The translations under genes and the position numbers were made by a program. A stretch of 63,992 bases of DNA, the filler included, from Basidiobolus ranarum (lineage: Eukaryota), in the NCBI GenBank assembly GCA_040143965.1. It is 4 parts of 4 records of this genome, joined end to end, with 100 filler letters (N's around TTAATTAATTAA, not from the genome) between each part and the next. Parts side by side here need not be neighbours in the genome. Positions count along the whole stretch, not along the records: positions 50,250 to 63,992 come from JASJQH010007339.1; 3 more parts are not named here. One strand, given 5' to 3'. Positions 57,754 to 63,992 of this stretch are shown here, piece after piece; the first letter of the stretch is position 1; the number at the start of each line of letters is the position of its first letter. The notes beneath the pieces are model-generated. The model was not told the DNA's origin, did not search any database, and saw only the letters and a list, made by a program, of their open reading frames with translations.

Positions 57754-59895
57754 TCCTGGGGTAGTAGTTAGTTCATATTGGTATAGAAAGCGTAGAGAAA
57801 GTTATGTTATTTTAGGCTGGTCGCATCAACTAGCATGCCAACCTTGCCTTATTTACTTATTCTTTAACCAGTACGTCATTGAGACTACCGTAGCAATGTC
57901 ATGAAGATACTCCAAGTGTGAGCTTTGGGGCTTTTTGATGCAACTCGACTTCTTGGAATTGTCATTGGTAAGGCAGCAATCTCCAAGTTGGATATATTTA
58001 GCAATCAAATCCCACTTCACCTCACACTTTAGGCATTGGTGACGCTCCAATTTTGCAATATGATAGCTTATCCTTGAATAACGAAGAATTGCTGCAAAAA
58101 GTAAGTGGAGTAGCAATCTACGAACAGCACCTTTTATTGCTTGACTTCACGAAATGATATCTTTCATTGTGACACACGAAGTCATAATGAGATGAACAAA
58201 ATGTACAATGAGTAATATAAACTGACTTTGATTTCAAATGGTATCGTGATCCCGTACGGACGAGTTAGAGCTCTGCAGCTACCTGTCCACATTGTATTTG
58301 CAGCTGTAAGCAACAAAAAAGTTTGGGTTAGCATTTGTATACTTTGTTCCTACTTGACAACCCGCAATTTATGGCTATTCGTCAAAAACCAAGAGTTCCC
58401 GGGTTGACCGTCGTCGGATGATACCGTCTGAAATATCCTGCAACTCGAAGACTTCCCAAATTACATCTTGTCTGGATCAGAAGTTGCGGTAACCTTACCA
58501 TAAACGGTAGACTACCTTTCAGCTCAAATTATGAATAAATTAAATAGATTTGAGGCACTCATTGTCGATTGGTGCCCTTGCTGCCACGGATCAACTGCTA
58601 CACCAGATGATGGCAAGTTTGTAGTGTTGAGGAGGTTGTTCGAGGTCTTCACATTGGAAGATGCGGTTGGGCTCTACTAATTACAACTAGCAAAGCATCG
58701 CAACATTGCTTGATCCTGAAACTTTGTTATCGAGTTTAACTGAGGTTCAGAGGATTTCTCTCGCTGACTGCTTGTATCGCTGAACTCAGCTCTGGTAAAC
58801 CCCCTCAATATCCTTTGTCGCTAAAAACATTTCCTCTCTCGAGCCAAAAGCAAGTTGGAGGGAACGTGAACTCTGCATGAGCACTTCGACAGTAATGGAC
58901 GTACAAACTCAATACTGTCAGAATCCTTCACACACATCCATTGTTGAGTTGTACCCCAATTTATCAGGGTAATGCAGAACCAATTAAAATAGCCTTGTAT
59001 TCATTCGCTACCACCAATTGTAGTGTGTCCATTATGTACATATTCCACAATGTTTCTTTTTAGCCAAAAAAATGAAATTTAAAGGATTTTCTTCGTGAAA
59101 CAAAGTGATACTAAAACACAGCAACCTAGATCAAGAAATGATTGACCAGAATTCTGGTTATAGGGTTGCGCCGTGTATTCGAAAAAGTGCACCAAATATC
59201 CCGGCTATAGCACTGAGACCATTGCTTTCCGCATCCGTATGTCTTACAAAGTTAAATTCTATTTATCTACCATACCAATCATGTGAGCTTTAAATTAGTG
59301 GTTATCTTAGAAAATTACCGATATTTCCGGTAATGGTGTATATTGTTTTGGGAATTCTATCGGTTTAACTTCGTGTGCTGGGCCTAAATTTGAATATTCG
59401 AAATCCAACACGAAGAATGTATCTTCTGCAATTTTTCAATTCATTCCATCAATCTCCTGGTAGCCAACGTTTGTTTCGCTTTTCAACTCTAGAGACTAAA
59501 GTAGCTCTAACGGTCAAACTAGGAAAAGAGTGCGAAGTAAAGGGATTATAGCATAGGATTCACCCTGGATTAACTTTTTATTATTCCTCTCCTTTTAAGT
59601 TGTATGTCTTTGACCTGAGATATAATTCGAGTAATATTGTTTTTGGCTTATCTCATTCGATCAGTTTCTATCGGTGTCAGTTGATCTACCCGTGCCTTTA
59701 CACCTTTTATTACTATTGCCTTGATGGCAAGAAATCCTTCTATCATTTAATCATCATATTTTGTTCAACTCATTTCAACTTGGTTCATTTAATAATTTGT
59801 ATTCTTGGTTTCTCTGTATTTGCATATCTAATACTTCCAAGTAACTCGTTCATAAGTGAATATCCTTTCTTTTTTCGTTTCGCTCCGTCTATACC

Positions 59896-61653
59896 ATGGG
59901 TATATGTTTATCTCAAGAGGAAAAGGAAGCTCGTGACAGAAGCATACACATTGATAGAATAATCGATGAAGACAACCGAAGAGTTAACAAGGAGTGTAAG
60001 ATTCTACTCTTAGGTTAGTAATGTGGTCATGCTAAATTATTACTATTTTACATTCGTAACTCTTCTTTATGGGATGACCATTTATACAGGAAGTGGCGAG
60101 TCTGGAAAGTCAACTATTGTTAAGCAGATGAAAATCATACATCAAAATGGCTATACACCAGAGGAATTAGCTATATTTAGGGTCACCATTTTTAAAAACC
60201 TAGTGGATTCGGCGCAAAACCTCGTCCTGGCGATGAATAAGCTACAACTCGAACCCTTTGAACCTAAAAATAAGGTCATTACGATAGCGATCTCAGCGCA
60301 GTAGTTTCGGATATCAAAGATATTAACTTGAATTTTTCGTTCCTTCCGAAACTAGGAATATGCCAATATCATTCTCAATGTCAGATCTGAAGGAGCATAT
60401 ATATTGAAGTTGACACCCGAGCTTGTTGATGCTACGGATTCACTATGGAGAGATCCAATTATCCCGAGTTTGCTGGAACGACAAAGGGAATTCTATCTAA
60501 TGGACTCAGCCCCATAGTATGTAACGCATGTTGTATGTGCTCTTTGTTAGAAGTTACTCAACAAACCCAACTAGTTTTTTTTCTAATATTAGACGTATTG
60601 GCTCTCCAAACTATGTCCCTAACCAAGCAGACGTTTTAAGAGCTCGTACGAAGACTACAGGTATCATAGAAACTCGATTTAATATGGGCCAACTTAGCAT
60701 ACAGTAAGGGTTTCTCAATTGTTCACTTGTAATCTTACATGAGTTTAATCGCTCGGTAGTATGTTTGATGTTGGCGGACAACGCTCCGAAAGAAAGAAGT
60801 GGATCCATTGCTTCGAGGCTGTTACCTCCATTATTTTCTGCGTTGCTCTTAGTGAGTATGATCAAGTTCTATTAGAGGAATCTGGACAGGTATTTGTTTT
60901 ATGAATTATAGCCGCTGGTTAAGCTGTGGAGTGATATTATTGCGATTGTTACATTGTCCACAGCTAACCCTTTGAATCGGCACTAATGGTTGACATTCTA
61001 TTCGATCCAACAGAACCGCATGACAGAAAGCCTTATCTTGTTCGAATCTGTAGTAAACAGTAGATGGTTTCTACGCACATCCGTTATATTCTTTTTAAAC
61101 AAAATCGACCTTTTTCGAGAGAAGCTCCCTCGTGTTCCACTTGTGAAGTACTTTCCAGAGTACACTGGTACAGCATGGCCATTCATTATATGCAAATCAT
61201 GTCGCTTGGACTAATAGTTGATTCAACATAGGAGGGCCTGATATTAGTAAAGCAGCCAAATATATTCTTTGGAGATTCACACAAACCAACCGTGCAAAAC
61301 TTAATATCTATCCGCAGTAAGTAGAAGCGTACATCTCCACTCCACTCATGGGTCTTAACAAACTAATCATTTCATCACACTAGCCTGACGCAAGCAACAG
61401 ATACATCCAAGGTTTGTCATGCAGTTGTTCAGTTAATTTTCTTTGACGTATTTCTAACCCCTTGCAATGCTCTGCTTGCTCCTCTTTTGTTGACGTGAAT
61501 TCTTGAATCCAGATAAGGTATAGAACAATGGTACACGTGATCTTATCCATACACTAATCAACTTTATTTTGTATAATTCTGGGTAGACTCGTATTTGCTG
61601 CTGTAAAGGAAACAATACTTCAGAATGCTCTGAAAGATAGTGGGATCTTATAA
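59896..61653 (+). CDS. Heterotrimeric G-protein alpha subunit, fungal group III (Gpa2/GanB-like)
   Basis: MGICLS (myristoyl/palmitoyl sites), [39 protein letters not shown]-terminus [12 protein letters not shown]. Confidence 0.94.
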
Positions 61654-62336
61654 TGTTCCTTGTCGTCTATCCCTTTTCCTGTACATACGACTAATATTAA
61701 AGATCATCTTTTAATAAACACATGTATATCTACTGCCAACAACCGCTCCCCGCGAAGGATCAGTATGAACATCAGACCAATAGGCAAGTCTTGCTTGATC
61801 GGTAGTCAAGAAAGTTGGTCGTTTATGTGATGACTCTGTAATACTGATTGTATTGGAATTTATCAAATAGTTGAAGTTAATTTGACGCATCTAGCTTAAT
61901 AGAATGAATCCGCATGACAGATAGAAATCACCTCGGTTTATTACTCACATTAAGGGAATCTTGATTGCGGTCTATTATAATCTAGAATATTATTATTAAG
62001 TCTATTACAATCCAGAATAATACCGGAACCTTTTGCAATCCCTTCATTGCTGCTTGCTTGGCAATTCAAGATTTTGAATAAAGAATTTCATATTGATTAT
62101 ATGATGAAACAGTATCGTCACCATATATAGATGACTAGGTGGACTGCTTTTATTCATGCTTGACAGGGCAGTTGGCGCAATAAAACCAAGATAAATCAAA
62201 ACTCTGGACCTTTGAAAATTCCCTACATTTTACGAGTCACTTTCCCAATTATTTCATCTATTTTAAGCTCCTCTCCTCTTTCAGTTTAATATCTAATATC
62301 TCTCACTTTGCACCTCACTTCAAGTAAACCCTCACC

Positions 62337-62787
62337 ATGCTCAAAGGAAAGAAACCTGAACGTCAATTCACTCCACCACCCTCATGTAAGTTAGTTTTCT
62401 TGAAATAATGGATCTTTCTCTTTACTAACTCTTGTAGAAAGATGACCAAGCAACATCCAGCTATGTACATCCATCACATTCCGTCACAGTCCAAATAGCA
62501 CCGGAATATCAACCCATTCTGACCAGTTCTAGAGCAAATTACCAAGGCACAAATACGACTAGCGCACCAATTCACGTCCGTCAACGTAGAAGAGGTCATT
62601 GTTGTGGTTTCAACTGCAATGTCATCCTCAGCACGATCATCGTTTTTGTCATTGGTGTAATTCTATTGAACGTAAGGAACTATTTCATCAGTCACCTTTA
62701 TTTCTTCTTTCTTATATATTTCTCTGGTATATTTAGGGATATATCGACTGGAATTCCGTTGAAGATTGGGAAAGTTTTTTTACATAG
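62337..62787 (+). CDS. Small PPxY-motif single-TM protein (109 aa, 3 exons)
   Basis: Exons 62337-62385, 62442-62671, 62737-62787: MLKGKKPERQFTPPPSYDQ...RQRRRGHCCGFNCNVILSTIIVFVIGVILLNGYIDW...; GTAAGT and GTAAGG donors, TACTAAC branch. Absent from the ORF track. Confidence 0.65.
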
Positions 62788-63992
62788 ATTAGTTTGGTTG
62801 TATTTGTAACTAGAAAAGAATATGTTGCTTAATCAAAGGTGCTTCTATAATTCAAACACTTTCAGTGAGAGATTTCTCTTCATTTATTCCTCTTTTTCCA
62901 TTTTTTCACCAATACATTTGGAAGATCAATCACTATGCAAAAGAGGCACGACTCATTAGTAATCAAATTTTCCCTTACCTTAGTATGGAACATTTCCTTT
63001 ACGTATACTGCTCTTGGAATGTAAAGTTTTGGGAATAGTCAATAATAAATACGTGTTAATGTGGATGATTTTAAATAGTAATATCCCAAATTTTATAAAC
63101 ACAAATAGTTCTTTTTTGCTTTAACAAGTATTATCTACTATTATATAGAGCAACAATGGTAGCTGTAAATATTCTTTAACCGCCAACAAATCGTATGTAG
63201 ATGTGTTTTCTAATTAGTTTCTGAATGGAATGATGTATTGCAGTATACATACAAATTCAACATTGACCTTCTTGGCGATTTTGAATAACATATTTTGAGA
63301 TGATATGCCATTGAGTTGCTTAAGGAACTTTCCTGGTAGGTACCTATCAGGGTTTCAAATTAAATATGACGAAAGTAAGTCTCTAAATAGCAGTCCATGA
63401 TCTGGATAGTTTATTCGCAGCTTCAAATAAATTTGTAGATTCTGGATATTCTCTGGTTTTTCTTTGACACTTTTTACAACACTGGCTAGAGCATCTACTA
63501 TTGCTATTTAGTAAGATATTTTACATCGAAAGGAATAGGGAAATCTATGTTTACTACATGGGTACTTCGCTACCAACTGATGGAAAATATAATTCAAAAT
63601 TTATAAAGTATAGTAATGTTGAGAAAGGACAAAACTATCAACCTCATCCAAAACCCCTGAGCATCCCTAGTAACCTAGAAACATATGTCTCTTATTTTTT
63701 TCAGCTACTCAGTCACATCTCTACCATAGCCAACCGATTTTATGTTCAAGACTCGTGTCAGTCCAGATCTGCTCAGCAAATGTATTTCCTCCATGACTAA
63801 ACTGTTAAGTGGTGAAGATACAGTTCTGTCATAATGTCAATTGTGCTTTTAGAATTTGATAGATCTGTTGAAATTAGCATTGCCTAAACACCTATATAGT
63901 CTTATATAGCTTAGTATTTAGTTATCCTATATTGAACTAAAGTATTACTCATTATTCTCAAGAGAAATTTACCCAGAATATTTTTACCAAGT

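Overview
Eukaryotic, intron-rich, AT-rich genomic DNA. The gene set (neurofibromin, DNMT2, MyTH4-RhoGAP, a U12-type intron, short U2 introns with CTAAC branch sites) points to an early-diverging fungus; this is inference. The window is four contigs joined by artificial 100-nt linkers (N44-TTAATTAATTAA-N44), and the contigs appear size-ordered, so adjacency across linkers is probably meaningless. Contig 1 (1-16695) is rich in translation and tRNA genes: RPL6, BUB3, RPL43, mitochondrial-type ThrRS, ELP1 and DNMT2 head-to-head, RPS5, ERV29. Contig 2 holds a STIMATE-like gene, neurofibromin/IRA, an intronless P450 and a CpG-free copia remnant. Contig 3 holds IML1 (truncated), RPS27, then a run of secreted-protein genes: a signal-peptide SET-domain protein, a cupredoxin with altered Cu ligands and two DPP5 paralogs. 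Contig 4 holds a MyTH4-RhoGAP with an AT-AC minor-spliceosome intron, an EF-hand protein, BAP31 (GC-AG intron), a PRM10-like gene with an in-frame TGA, a group III G-alpha with a 5-nt micro-exon, and a small PPxY membrane protein. The best leads are the secreted stand-alone SET protein, the AT-AC intron, the 1.4-kb CpG-free TE tract and the in-frame TGA. All exon models were built by eye.
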